A DNA stretch of 62,741 bases, filler included, from Porpidia crustulata (taxonomy: Eukaryota), in NCBI GenBank assembly GCA_964255105.1. It is 4 parts of 4 records of this genome, joined end to end, with 100 filler letters (N's around TTAATTAATTAA, not from the genome) between each part and the next. Parts side by side here need not be neighbours in the genome. Positions count along the whole stretch, not along the records: positions 31,462 to 47,072 come from CAXUWE010000294.1; positions 47,173 to 62,741 come from CAXUWE010000295.1; 2 more parts are not named here. One strand, 5' to 3'. Below the pieces are notes generated by a model that was given only the letters and a program-made list of their open reading frames with translations, searched no databases and was not told the DNA's origin. Within the stretch, counting starts at the first letter, position 1; each line of letters begins with the position of its first letter. Of the stretch, positions 37,510-50,100 are shown in pieces. A program made the position numbers and the translations under genes.

Positions 37510-38920
37510 ATGGAGGTCGGTAGAGCCCAGGTCGATACTGGCAAGGGTAAAGATACGGAACTCGCGATTCATACACCTACTCAGACACGGCAGCCTAAGA
37601 AGAGATTCATCGGACGAAGAGCAGCGGTGGAATTAGCTCAAAAAACCGGCGACTCGAATAGGTCAGTTGAGGAGAGCAGCGCGATAAGAGGTAGCTTTGC
37701 TCCATGCCCTTTACATGGTCAAACCCCATATATTGAATTTCTGGTTAGTTTCCCAGCCTAGAAGAACCGCTAGGACACTGAACCAAGTTCCACCTGAAAT
37801 TCTTGAAGACCCCGAGATAAAGGATGCTATTGCCCTGCTTCCCCCCAACTACTCCTTCGAGATACATAAAACCATACACCGTGTACGAAGCTCTAGATCA
37901 AAGAAGATAGCACTCCAATTTCCGGAGGGATTACTCCTTTTTGCTACTACCATTTCCGACATTCTCACTCGTTTTTGCCCCGGCTCGGAGACCCTGATAA
38001 TGGGGGATGTTACATACGGCGCATGTTGTGTAGACGATTATACCGCTCGCGCCCTTGGCTGCGACCTCCTAGTTCACTACGCTCATAGCTGTCTAATCCC
38101 GGTTGACGTCACCAAAATAAAGACATTATACGTCTTCGTTGATATATCCATCGACGTCTCCCACCTCCTCGCCACACTTGAGCGCAATTTCTCCCTTGGA
38201 AAGACCATCGCGATGGTTGGTACCATTCAGTTTAATGCTACTCTGAACAACATCAAAGCCCCCCTTGAACGTGCTGGCCACAAAGTCCTCATCCCCCAAA
38301 TCACTCCCCTAAGTAAAGGAGAAGTCCTCGGCTGCACCTCGCCACGGCTCTCCAATGATACCGCAGACCTCATACTCTACCTTGGTGACGGCCGTTTCCA
38401 CCTTGAATCTGCCATGATACACAACCCAACATTACCAGCCTACCGCTACGACCCTTACAGCCGCAAGCTTACCCGTGAGACTTATGATCACGCTGAAATG
38501 CACGATCTGCGTCGCTCTGCGATCTCTGGTGCTCGCACGGCCAAAAGGTGGGGATTGATCCTCGGCTCTCTTGGCCGCCAGGGGAACCCACACACCATGA
38601 CGCTCATCGAAAATATCCTCAATAAGCAGGGCATACCCTTCATCAACCTGCTGCTGAGCGAGATATTTCCCGGGAAGTTGGCAATGATGAAGGATGTGGA
38701 TTGCTGGGTGCAGATTGCGTGCCCACGCCTAAGTATTGACTGGGGGTATGCATTCCCAAAGCCGTTGTTGACGCCCTACGAGGCACTAGTGGCATTAGGA
38801 GCCGAGGAAGGCTGGGATAGTGGGAATGGAGGGGTGTATCCGATGGATTTCTATGGAACAGATGGATTGGGGAGGACGAGAGAGGCGGAAGCTACTGCAT
38901 TGGCTGCGGCTTCAGGGTGA
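37510..38920 (+). CDS. DPH1: Diphthamide biosynthesis protein 1, intron 37691-37748
   Basis: [76 protein letters not shown]. Confidence 0.96.
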
Positions 38921-39867
38921 ATGCGTTTAGCCCGCTTCAAGATGGATTACGGTGATGCAAAGCGATGACAATGTCTCTTTTTTGCTCGGGATAAGGACTA
39001 TCAATTATGATGGTCCTCATCAATTTCGAAGATGGTTGCGATCCATCTGTTGACAAGAAGTCTCTACCCATAAAAGGGCTCGCCTTGACACATCAATCAC
39101 AGTGACACAGAATGGCGGAGATCTGCCTCTCAAGAGCTATGCCAATTCGACCCAAATCGGCTACGTTATTGCTCCGATCACCTCTCGCCGCTCAGACAAT
39201 CAATTTGAACGTCCAGTCGAATTGCCCCTAAATGAACGTTTACTCGGGCGAAAGTTCTTGCTCGAGCCGAGGGTCTTGCACATCTAAGGAAGCACGACTG
39301 GTGTCACTGCCACATCTGAAGTTGTTCCGCTTCAGCCTCATTGACTCTGTAGGACCCGAGATCTTAGCTAGAAGATTCGAGGGATCAGCTGATCAAGGCG
39401 GTGATTCCAAGGATTCTTGCAATCGTATTGCGGGTATTGAAAGCATTTTAAATTTTCCAGATTCGGCGGGACTTAATTGGGCAGGTTGTGGAGAAGCAAA
39501 CGCTCCACCCTTTCGAGGCTGGGAAGAGACTGTTCTAGTCGTCTTGAAGGACCTTGATGCCGTTTGAACCCTGTTTCGTATTTGTGATCAAAGTACTGTC
39601 AACGAGAAGCGTTCTTCCACGCTGCCGTAAGTAATCTTTCTCCAACACCTCTTAACGTTCCTAAAAACTTTTGCGAGAAAGATCTATCCGCACCGTTTCG
39701 GAAAGCGTTCTACACGGAGTCGGGAAATTTTTGAAAGTGATAAACTTTAGGATGGATATATATCCTACAACACAAGTCAACCCTCGATCAATCATTCCTC
39801 CGTCGTAATCCTCTCAACCTATACATCCACTAAACCCAAACACGAATGCTGACCCAAACTTCATCTG

Positions 39868-39907
39868 TCCCTCTCTCCATCCCTCTCTCCATCCCTCTCT
39901 CCATCCC
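39868..39907. repeat. 12-bp tandem repeat (TCCCTCTCTCCA)x3.3
   Basis: Directly visible perfect units. Confidence 0.9.
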
Positions 39908-40677
39908 CTCGATCGTCAAATAAGACCCTAAAACTTCAACTCAATCATCTAGCTAGATACACACGAGGCATATTCTGCGTACATAAAATTCTCTAAACGA
40001 AATGAAATGCAAAAGAGTAAGGTGGAATAGATATGGTTTATTGTTTGTTATCATCGTATTTGAGATGGATAAATTTTTGCGTATTATTGTAGTGTTCTAA
40101 TGAACATGTAGATTGGTGGATCGACGGGGATGGATAGAGGATGCGATCCTCGTTCTCCTTTTTTCTTTTCTTCGTTTTCTGATTTGCTTCTCCTAACTGC
40201 TCCTTGCCTTGTCTGTCTACCCACACTCTTCCTTGGTCTCTCATCACTTCCCTCAGCTACCTTTTCCCTCAAAAACCACGCCCAAATATCCCCCCTCCCA
40301 ATCAACGCCAACTTCGATCGTATGAATACTAGAAGAGAGAAATAAAAGAAAGAATAAGAGATGTGAGATGTAAGATGTGGGATGAGAGCCGAGACAGCCA
40401 AAATCAGAAGAGTTTTGATAAGCTATTGTTTCCCTAGCTGTCTTGTCAGATCGTCATTTTTCGAATTGAAAAATCCGTCACGACATTTGCATCTTTCAAT
40501 TTTCATCTTGATAAACGATCGTAGGAGTTTTCATCGTCAATCTCGTCATCTCGTCACAATATCCAACCCTTTCAATTAGAGGAAAATCCTTCCGGCAAAG
40601 GAGAAACCCCCGCGATGTCTTTGAAATCCAATCCATCATCCCCACTTCTCACATCTTCCCTTCCCGGTCACATCTCC

Positions 40678-41091
40678 TCACATAAGTCTACAGTCCTTCC
40701 CCGCTCCGCCCAAAGTCTTACGCCCACTATGTCCACCCTTGACGAAAATGTTCTTGAACGAGAAATCAAAGATCTTTGCCTTCTCCGCCTTCTTATCGCC
40801 CTCGCCCATCACAAGCTCATCAAATGTATCGTAAGACGATACCGACGAGGCAGAGGACGGGGTACTTGGCTGGCTGGAGTGGGTGGGGGAGTTCGGATAT
40901 GCGGTCTGGAACGCGGCGCGACGGGCGGAGATATTTCCGTAATAGGCGGTGGTTTCTCCGTGACGGCCAGCGGCAGCGGAGGGATCATTGGTGAGGATGG
41001 ATCCGGCGGCAGTGGAGATGGAATCGATCGAGATGGATAGGGTGATATTGGAATTGGTTGCGGATACGTGGTGGTTCTGGGAAGTCGACAT
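40678..41091 (-). CDS. Hypothetical 137-aa Ser/Thr-rich protein
   Basis: ATG in AAAATGT context; GC-rich ORF within AT-richer flanks. No family recognised. Confidence 0.55.
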   Translation of the reverse strand: MSTSQNHHVSATNSNITLSISIDSISTAAGSILTNDPSAAAGRHGETTAYYGNISARRAAFQTAYPNSPTHSSQPSTPSSASSVSSYDTFDELVMGEGDKKAEKAKIFDFSFKNIFVKGGHSGRKTLGGAGKDCRLM

Positions 41092-41735
41092 TTTGCGAAA
41101 TTTTTAGTTCTGAGATAGATATCTAGAGTAATATGCTGGGGAAATCCATCGGTTAGAAGAGATATTAGTCTACAAGAATCTCACTACTTTTCACAAAAGC
41201 GGTCGAGAAGATACTCGTGGTGGATAAGAAAGGAGGGATACTTACTAGAATATTCAAAAAGCACAGAACTGCAAAGGAAAACCAGTCGATGGCGTGGGTA
41301 GTGACAAAGGAGATATTTCGAATGATTGTAGCTCTGGAATTGGAGCTATGAGAAAGAACTACCGGAGTCCTTTGGAAAAATGAAAGATAACGATGCTATT
41401 GTCATTTGGCCGGGGCGTGTAGAGGCAAAGCCGTGGGTCATAGAAAATATCCAAAAGCAGTTCAGCCGACAACAAGATGGAAAACAGTATCTGAAATCTA
41501 ATTAGAACAACAAATAGGCTCTGATCCTGTATAGGACACCTAATCACCCTTAGTGATGCTCTTTGAGATGGAATAGTATGTCTGAATTATGCGGATAGTG
41601 CGAACAACGCAAAACAACCGATCAATGGCACGGTTCCGGACACGAGGATATTATGTTATAGTCTGTAGTCTTGAATAGGATGATTTAATGTCGTAGATCT
41701 GCCGGAGCTTTGTGATCAATCCAGAACACAAGCTG

Positions 41736-42080
41736 TATGTTGGAAATGTTGCCTATCAGAAAAGTGGTCAAAATTGAACGGAGATAACGTCTGAGCTGGG
41801 CGGAACGACGCTTAGAAAGCCAGCCAGAACTGATCGATTGGCGGAGGCTATTCCATACCACCACGAAAGCAGGAGACATTCTCAAGACTGGGGCCTTACT
41901 TGTGGACCCACTAAAACGTCGGAGGCCTTGGACGGTATATCCAGCGCAGTAAAGCTACCAGAGCTTGAATAAGAGACGTTAAGAAATAGGGTTGAAACTG
42001 TAAGGGACACGCATTAGCAAGACAATGATGTTTGAAGATGTTCGAAGCAGCAATTGGAAGTGAGGTTAGAAGTGTAAAGA
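41736..42080 (+). mobile_element. Highly decayed Tc1/mariner-like transposase fragment
   Basis: VAYQK / (frameshift) KW / RLSWAERRLESQPELIDWRRLF and a later AAIG..RS resemble the 'ACQKxW...RLxWA...PxxxDWxxVxF' and 'WAAIG' segments of fungal Tc1-type transposases. Stops and frameshifts are present. Confidence 0.4.
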
Positions 42081-43168
42081 ACGGATAAGCGTAAAAGGCA
42101 CGGATAATAAAGCGCGGGGTGGCGGATTGCTCTGAGTAACAGTCACCCATCATATTCTCAGCACTACGACAGCGTATAGGTTGCTGCCGACGACGACGAC
42201 GAGTGTCCATAGATCGTAGCTTAAAATGTAGCGTTCAGAGGTCTACATATAAGACGTACCTAGTGCGAGGAAAATGTTGACAGTTGAACAATAAATGTGA
42301 AGAATGAATGTAGGCGTGGAGGGTAAGGAAAACAATAAGGAGTGAGGTTGAATAATGAAGAAGGAAGATAAGATGATATAAGGAAGCCTTTAGAGGTGGG
42401 TAGTGGATTAACGTAAGACCGAAGCTCGGGTCCTTCACCATTCATGGCCAGCTGTAGAGGTACAGGATACTGAGCTCAGAAATCGTCTTTGAAACAATTC
42501 ATAGGTAGTTACAACTTCAAACACAGTAAGTGAAGTGTAGTGTAGAAGAAGAAAGAATGCTCGTTCAGACCCCAAAGCGGGTCTCAATAAGTCGACTTCA
42601 CATTCTCAACCCCGAATAAGAGAATGGAGACGCGCCGGTTTGTGGCGGAACTTGGCTGGCAGTGGTACATCAGAAATCTTCAAGATCTTTGACTGAGCCC
42701 GAGCTTGCAAAGCTCACAGAGATCTTGCAATTCATAGAGCTTAAAAGACTGAGGGCCTCGGGAGCTTGTTCGGTGCACAATCAAAGCCTAACGAAGCAAT
42801 AAATATCTTGACTCGCAGTTACGGAGACCGTTGGGGGAGTATCACAGGAATCCAGTGATCCTCACCACGAATCCGGGTGAACATTTCAAGACCATTCCTC
42901 AAATGCAATTACAGGCGCCAAGTTCCAGGATCCCGGAACAGAAGCAACACGGTGGCTAAGCAACGTAAGAAGACAATATGTGGGCATGGAACTGGAAGTC
43001 CTCTCCCTCGTAATAATACATTTGAGCAGCTTCAAGCATCCTGCAGAACCAACTTTCCAGTCACGGATGGTACTAGTACTCCAAAAGTTGTGAGAGAATG
43101 TGGCGACCCGTTCTTCTAGAGATGTTCAAATCATCATTCGTCTTATCGGCTGGTCTTCGAGTCCCTTC

Positions 43169-43769
43169 CTAGTACTCAACACTTGATGCTACTCCCGGCA
43201 TTTGTGGAAGAGCACCCGGCATTGGCGGTGTTCGGTAAGAGTCCGCTCTGGATACTGGCATTGGGACTTTCCATGATCGAGCAGCTACAGAATCAGAAGC
43301 AATTTTCTGCATCTGGTCGTGTTCTTGGTCGCTGGATGTTTGCCCCAAGGGTTGCCTCCGGTGCGGGCTATCGTTCTTCCCAGGCTTGCTCGCCAAAGAT
43401 AAACTGCTCGGCTGCTTCCGCTTGAGACGCTCCTCGGTTTCTCGCAAGCGTGCTTCAAGAGCTTCGAGCTCCTGTGCTTGTGAATTGACAGCCCGCTTTC
43501 TAGCGCTTGTCAGCAATGGGATTTGATAATTATTGTTCATTACCGCATGGGAGTTATCATAGAACCTACTTCTGCTCGACAGATTGAACAAGATTCTTGA
43601 GGTAGCTATCGGGGCTGCTATCTATGGAGAATGCATCATTGAGGGCAGCGGAGAAATTCTGAGCAATGGTACTAGAGGGATCCCGTGAGCTGAGGTTCCT
43701 TAAATTGACAGCAAAAGCGTACGACTGAGGCCTACCATTAGGCTTCCACGATCCTCCAATGTTAGACAT
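43169..43769 (-). CDS. Small hypothetical coiled-coil protein, spliced
   Basis: ORFs 43566..43769 and 43169..43591 join through a GTAGGT...GCTAG intron: SVEQK|KRAVNSQAQELEALEARLRETEERLK. Confidence 0.75.
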
Positions 43770-44288
43770 GGCGATCTTGAAGACAAAAAGAGCAGAATAA
43801 CAATGGCGAGCTATCCAATTGAAAGCATTTAGGGTGCGAAGACGTTCAAGTTCAACAGTGACGATATTGTGGTTACCAGCACCAATCTAACAATGTTGTA
43901 CACAGGCCCTGACATGGGTTGTCAGGGGCAGTGGCATGAAGTAGGAAAGGAGAAAGTCAAGAATGAGGATCTTAACGTTAGCGGTGACTTTGATATTAGT
44001 GCCTGTTGATTCCGCTTTTTGCTTAGTCATGATAGAAATTCCGAATTGGTGAACCATCGACGTGACGGAAACCCCAGGAGCTTTTGAACAGGCTCAGCTC
44101 GTGTTCGTCGCGATTTAGAGGAGCCCCACCAGCGAAGATTTGACAGTCCTTGTTCTGTACTTACCAGGAGACTTCTAGGTAGTGCCTTTCCAACATCGGC
44201 GAGCTCAGGCCCTAACCTAGGGCATCCTTTACTCTCTTGAACCATAGGGACAAGCTCCCACAGTGACAGACCTTGGCGAATATGTGAT

Positions 44289-47072
44289 ATGGCCTCAATA
44301 TCTGTACACACTCCACTGGAGACACTGCTGTTGCTTCAAGCTTTGCATCCATATTCAGCGAATCCTCCATCTTTCGAAAAGGTCTCAAGCGAGCTCAAGA
44401 GCAATGATATTCTTCGAGATAGCAGCTCCCACGAAAACAGTCGTCTCGATCCACATTCTCTCATAGAGTTATACTTGCGATTATTGAAGGAAGAGGTTAA
44501 GCTAGAGAAGGTAGGCAAGGACAGTGCTGGGCATGATGCTCAGGACCCACACAATCCTCGTAAACGAAAGCCATCGAGTCCGCTCCTGACTGAGAGCAAT
44601 GCACCACAATACAATCACTTGTTACCTCGCATGATAAATCGCTTGTATTCTCGATATCGAGATAACACGATCAAGGCAATTCAGGAGCAAGAGCGAAAGT
44701 ACCGTCTAATCCAAAAGGATATCCAAGAAATAAATCGGGGAGATTGGGATGTGCGGTTACAGCATCAAGAACCCAAAAATAAGCGGGATGCAAGAGGAAC
44801 CTCTTCAATACAAAAGTTGCTCCGTCATGACGATCCTGAGGAAGCGCAGATACGGATTGACGAAAATCGAGGTGCTACGAAAAGCCCGGTGCAGCAACCA
44901 ACATTGACTTCCGCGCAAGAGCCCTCAATAGGTGTACTGTCGGAAGGACTGCTCCAGCGGCCAATACAAGAAGCGCCTTTACAGAAGATTACACGAGGCG
45001 ATCAAGAAGTTGCGCCTACTCTCGATACTCCGCTGAAAGCACAAGTGGTTGGGCCCGCTGATTCTCTCACCACTACACCCCACCATGCACCGTCAGAAAT
45101 AGTGACAGAAGCACAGCGAACTCTCGCTTCCGCTCAGGACTCAAGACCATCCTCACAATCAAATGTTCTAGAGCATGGTATACCCCCTCCGGCGATACCT
45201 CATTATGCGAGCCCCGTGTATCCGTTGGCATCGCCGAAACCGGAATCCCGTAGACTACCGCCTCCTCCGGCCCAGCCAAGGAACAAAATTCCTCCATCTC
45301 CAAGTCCACGACTGACCCATCCTCCAATGATTCCTTCGGATCAATCTGCGTCACCCATCATACTACCGCCTCCACCTGGAATGCTCCGGTCGTCTGGATC
45401 TCCGAATGGACCCCTGGACGCCCTTGCCGATATGGCAGGTCAGCAATACAGAGCAAGCCCAACGCAGCCTTTACCGCGTACAGCTCAACCTCATGGGGCT
45501 CAACAGCATTCAGTACAGCTGCCACAGCCGCGTAGCTATGCACAGCGTGCGTACCCTTACTATGACGGCCAGTCGCCGTATCCAGTACCTTACCATGCCT
45601 ATGGCCAAAGTCCTTTGCCTTCCTATCACAATTCAAATCAAGGAGTCATGCCAGCTTTTCACGGCGGTGTTCCAAGTCCAGGGCAAGGGCCGCATTTTGG
45701 TAACCATCCACAATATCAGTCTCCTCTGCCTTCGTACTATCCTGCATATAACCAAAGCCCTCCATACTATCAACAAACCCCTGTCCAGACTTCGCTGAAC
45801 CAAAACCCGCCTCGTCGATTTTCTGACCTGTCAGCTCCCGTTGTGACCCCTGCTGGAAAACGACGGCCGCCCAGGCCGTCTCCAATCCAGACCTCGGCTT
45901 CCTCTACCAAATGGAAGAATATTGATGCTCCTGGATCTGTGAGATCTATGATATCTCCAACTCGACCTGGTCCGGATGAAATCAGTCCTATCAGTGAGAG
46001 AGCTCCTTCACCCGGTTTAGAAATCTCGAAACCTCCAAGCAAGTCTACCAAGGGCAAGCCGGGCAAGCAAAACGCCAAAAAGAACTTTGCTGGAGAAGGA
46101 AACCCATCCGTAAGATCTCAAATAACAAGAGCAGCTAGAACGACCTCGCCCGTTGTCGCTGGTTCCTTCCCCGCCCGAACAAGATCCCAATCCCTCGCGT
46201 CTCACGCTGATGAAATATCTGGCGACACCGCCGGCCCCTCCCGAACCATTAAGCCCGAACCTCCCGCCACTCCGGCCCGCGATGATGACACTTCCATCAC
46301 CGAGACTACCGCCGACGAGGATCCCGCCGGTGGCTCTCGGAAATCCACACGCCGCCGCCGTGGAACCCTTCGCGGTCTCGAATCTATGACTGAACTCACG
46401 CGCAGCGGCGCAACCGTAAAACATAACAAACGCCCTTCAATGCAGGCTTTTGAAGAACTCTCAAGAGCTCCGTCTACCCTGTCGATGGGTAGACCAAATC
46501 ATGTCCTCGGTTCCCGCAACTTCCCGAGGACATCCGCGCCAATCATCAGTGATATCACTGCCCATAAACGTGCGTCTATGTTTGCGAAGCCACTGACAGA
46601 ACGGGAAGCACCGGGATACAAAGGCATGATCTATCGACCGCAGGACCTTAAGAGTATCAAATCGGCGATTGCGGCAGGCTCAAGAGCTATGGCCAGCGCC
46701 GCCGATAACAACACCGCCGCTGGGACGGGCGACGCTGGCAGTCCTAGCACAGCCGGTCCAGGATCCATTGCCGGCAAAGCGAACTCCTCAACTGTCTGGC
46801 TTCCCGTGCGTGACGACGTACTACCACCANNNNNNNNNNACCAAAAGCCATCGTCAACTCCGCGCAACTGGAAAAAGAACTCATGCGCATGTTCGCCAAC
46901 GCCGTCATGTTCAACCCCGACCCCAAGCGCGGCTTCGGTCCCTCGTTCCGGAGATCCACCTCCCAAACCCGAAATCTCCAGGGAGGTAACCTGGATGCTG
47001 GAGCGGGTGAGGGGGAGAACGAGGAGGAGGGTGGCGTGGTGCATGATACACGGGAGATGTGCAGGGATGTCG
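44289..47072 (+). CDS. Bromodomain protein (BRD8/Bdc1-like chromatin-complex subunit), 3' end truncated
   Basis: N-terminal TPLETLLLLQAL, coiled coil, Pro/Tyr-rich middle and split bromodomain ASMFAKPLTEREAPGYKGMIYRPQDLKSIK...IVNSAQLEKELMRMFANAVMFN. The apparent frameshift coincides with the N run at 46830-46839. Confidence 0.85.
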
Positions 47073-47172
47073 NNNNNNNNNNNNNNNNNNNNNNNNNNNN
47101 NNNNNNNNNNNNNNNNTTAATTAATTAANNNNNNNNNNNNNNNNNNNNNNNNNNNNNNNNNNNNNNNNNNNN
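47073..47172. other. Artificial contig spacer
   Basis: N44-TTAATTAATTAA-N44. Confidence 0.98.
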
Positions 47173-50100
47173 ATGTTGGAGTTCTGGAAGGAGGGGTGGC
47201 TCTTCGAGGGTGGGAACTTGGATGATGGAGTCGGCAGCGTGAAGGGTCTCGTCAATACCTGCTGTCACGGGTGGGTGGACCATTGCGCTAGCGTCTTGAG
47301 AAGGCCGGCGGCGATGCTGGCCAATGTCGCCGAGGGGTGAGAAGTTGGAACGCTTGTTGCTGGATCGCAGCGCCTTGTGGAAAGCGGGATGCATTGGGAG
47401 ATCGCCAGGTAGAGGAGGCTGATCTTGCGTTGGAATAGGGGCGGACATTGAGCGTGGGAGTTCACGTATGGGCTGTCCAGTGTAGTACGTCTCACTCAGG
47501 TTTTGTAGGCTGTCTGGGATTTCCGGTACGGACGGTATTGGATTGACGTCCTTGAAGTCGTACTTGGGATGACGCATTGCTCGCGGTGTTGCTGGAAGTC
47601 CGTAAGGACCCACACTCGCAGCTCGATTCACCATGTCGCCATAATCACTACCGACATTCGCGGTAGGAATACGTTGAGATTGCTGCTGCTGAACGTTACC
47701 CCACGTTGTGGGAAAGTTCCCCAGATCGGTCTGAGAACGCATTACCATTGGAGGTCTCTGATTGGAGATCTCGGTAGGATGAGGAATTTGTGATGCCTCT
47801 GTCCGTTGAGCTAGAGACATCCGACGCGCCTCAAGCTCTGCGGCTGCCAATTCCTTCTTCTGAGCTTTTTCACGATGATCAGCACCCAGGCTGTATATGT
47901 CACCCGAACGAGCGCGTGGTCCAAGCTCGGCCACTGCGAGCTCCTTCTTCTGCGCCTTTTCAAATCTCTCACGATGATCAGCACCAAGAGTGTAAATGTC
48001 ACCCGAACGTGCGCGTGGTTCAATAGCCGATTGCGGTTCTTTCATTACTTCACCGTTGGTACTTCCACGAGCATTGCGACTGTGGTGCGGTCGCCTACGA
48101 TCTGGCGAAGCATCCCTCCGCGAAGAAGCACCACGTTCACGTGGCTTCCGACTCGTGCTTCGTTGCCTAGAACGGAGTCGTTGACGATTCGCATCCACCA
48201 ATCGTAGCCGATCGTCCTCGTCCTCGCTTCTTTGATAGAGCTTGGACTGATCTGACATGGGAAGGGGAGACGATGGAGATCGCATAGACGACCCTCCCCT
48301 ATTCTTGGACTTGCTCCGTCCTCGACCGTTAGGATCCAGCAATCCATTAGGGCTTTGCTGCCGGCTGCTCATCTTACTCCGAGGGTTATAACTTGCTTCG
48401 CTGCCTAATTGGCTATCATAATAGCCTTCTGGGGAGATCCGCCTCACTGTTCGAAAAGAGTTTTCGGATGCCTTCGACCCCGATCGGAGTTTCGAGATTG
48501 ACTTTGGTTGATTGCTGTGCTCGCGGCGATATCTACTGTCTAAATCTAGCGACTGCAAGCCAGCTAGCTGACCGTCTACGTTTTCCATAGTAGCATTCTC
48601 TCTGTACAAGTCAATGTCTTCCGGTGACATAGGGACTGGTGAAGATGGCGATCTTTTTGCAGGTCTGATGTATTTTTGATTCACCCGGCCACGATCCTCG
48701 GACGGTTCTTTGACCCTGTTCTTACTCCGAGACTTGTGTTCTCCAGAAGTAGCAGATCGACCTTCCCGGCTCTTGTGGCGTCGGGAAGAACTCTTGCCCT
48801 TGCGGTGGTGATAGCCAGCCTCATCTAGACTGCTAATGTACTGGTCAATGCTGCGCCCACTTACACTGGGGCTTTTAGTTGCAGACGTCCAGCTCTGGCC
48901 ACTTGGTGGTGGACTCTTAGTTTCACTCCTTGTCTCGTGTCGTGCTGGTAAGCTACCGTTAGAAGCCAAGGTCATGGACGACATGGTATTGGACCGTCGA
49001 TGATCCGAACGGATTGACCCGGTGCCTGCAGAGGAAATGTATGTTGTCTGTATCTGACTTTGCAGAGGCATTTGAATGTGGAGTCCATCAGGCTTCCTAT
49101 CCCGGGATGCATTGCGTGCTCTAGATTTTTCCTTTTCTCTGAATGCAGTGAACGGGTCTTGTGAAGGATTTGGAAGGATCGGCGGTTGGATGGCGGTAGT
49201 GGGAAGCGCTGTCATTGGGCTTTTGCCTGGCACGGCACTACCCGGATCATAACGGGCAGAACTGAGAAGTAATGGCAGCTCTGCAGTGTTATTCTGCGGC
49301 AATTTTTCTTCTACCGCTTGCTTACTTTCTTTCTCCAGATCCGATCCCGAATTGTCAGGCGTAGGAAGAGAGCTCGGTCGAGAAAACATGGGCATGGTCT
49401 CATCAACTGGGGTTTCACCAATTGATGGCAATCTGTTTCTCTGATAGCCCCCAGGGGTCGCTGTCCTGCCAGCCAGATTCGACTTCCCACGAGAGCTTGG
49501 TCGAAGAAAACCGCCAGGAGTTCCTCCGGGCGATATAGCTGACTCCGCGATAGGCGTTACCCCTGGACCGTTGGTTGGGGTGCGATCATCTGATTTTAGA
49601 CCTGGGAATTTGAACTGCGTCTTATCTGGAGCTCCAAAAGAGGTGACAACCTTTAATGATGAATTCTTCGTAGTCATTCGCACAGAGGGTGTTGACTTGA
49701 GCGCGGGTGGAGGCGATATTGGTGAATTCAACATTGAAGTGACGCTTTGCGAGGATTGTGAAGCTGTCCCGCGTGGACTTGACATGGATGGAGATGCCCA
49801 TGGTACTGGTGGCTCCACACCCGTGCATGAGAAGCAACGGATTGCAAGCTGCTGTTGAGAATTCTCCACGACAAACTCACCCCATCGTCTGACTAGATGG
49901 GCTTGTCGTTGCCAGTCCGTTGGGAATACCAGACATGTCAATAGGATTGCTTCCATGTAGAAACTCCGTGAGACGTATACCTCGACCGCATCCTCGCGAT
50001 CACCCATTCCAAGGAGAATTGTAGCCGAGGTGTGGAAATCGCCTTGCTGAAGTAGTCGCTGGACAAAAGCTTGTCCCATCTTCCCCATTGAAGGCTGCGC

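Noticed and set aside
46830..46839. Apparent frameshift splitting the bromodomain
   Set aside because: Coincides with a 10-N gap whose flanks overlap (ACCA). Merging them gives an intact LPPKAIVNSAQLEKELMRMFANAVMFN.
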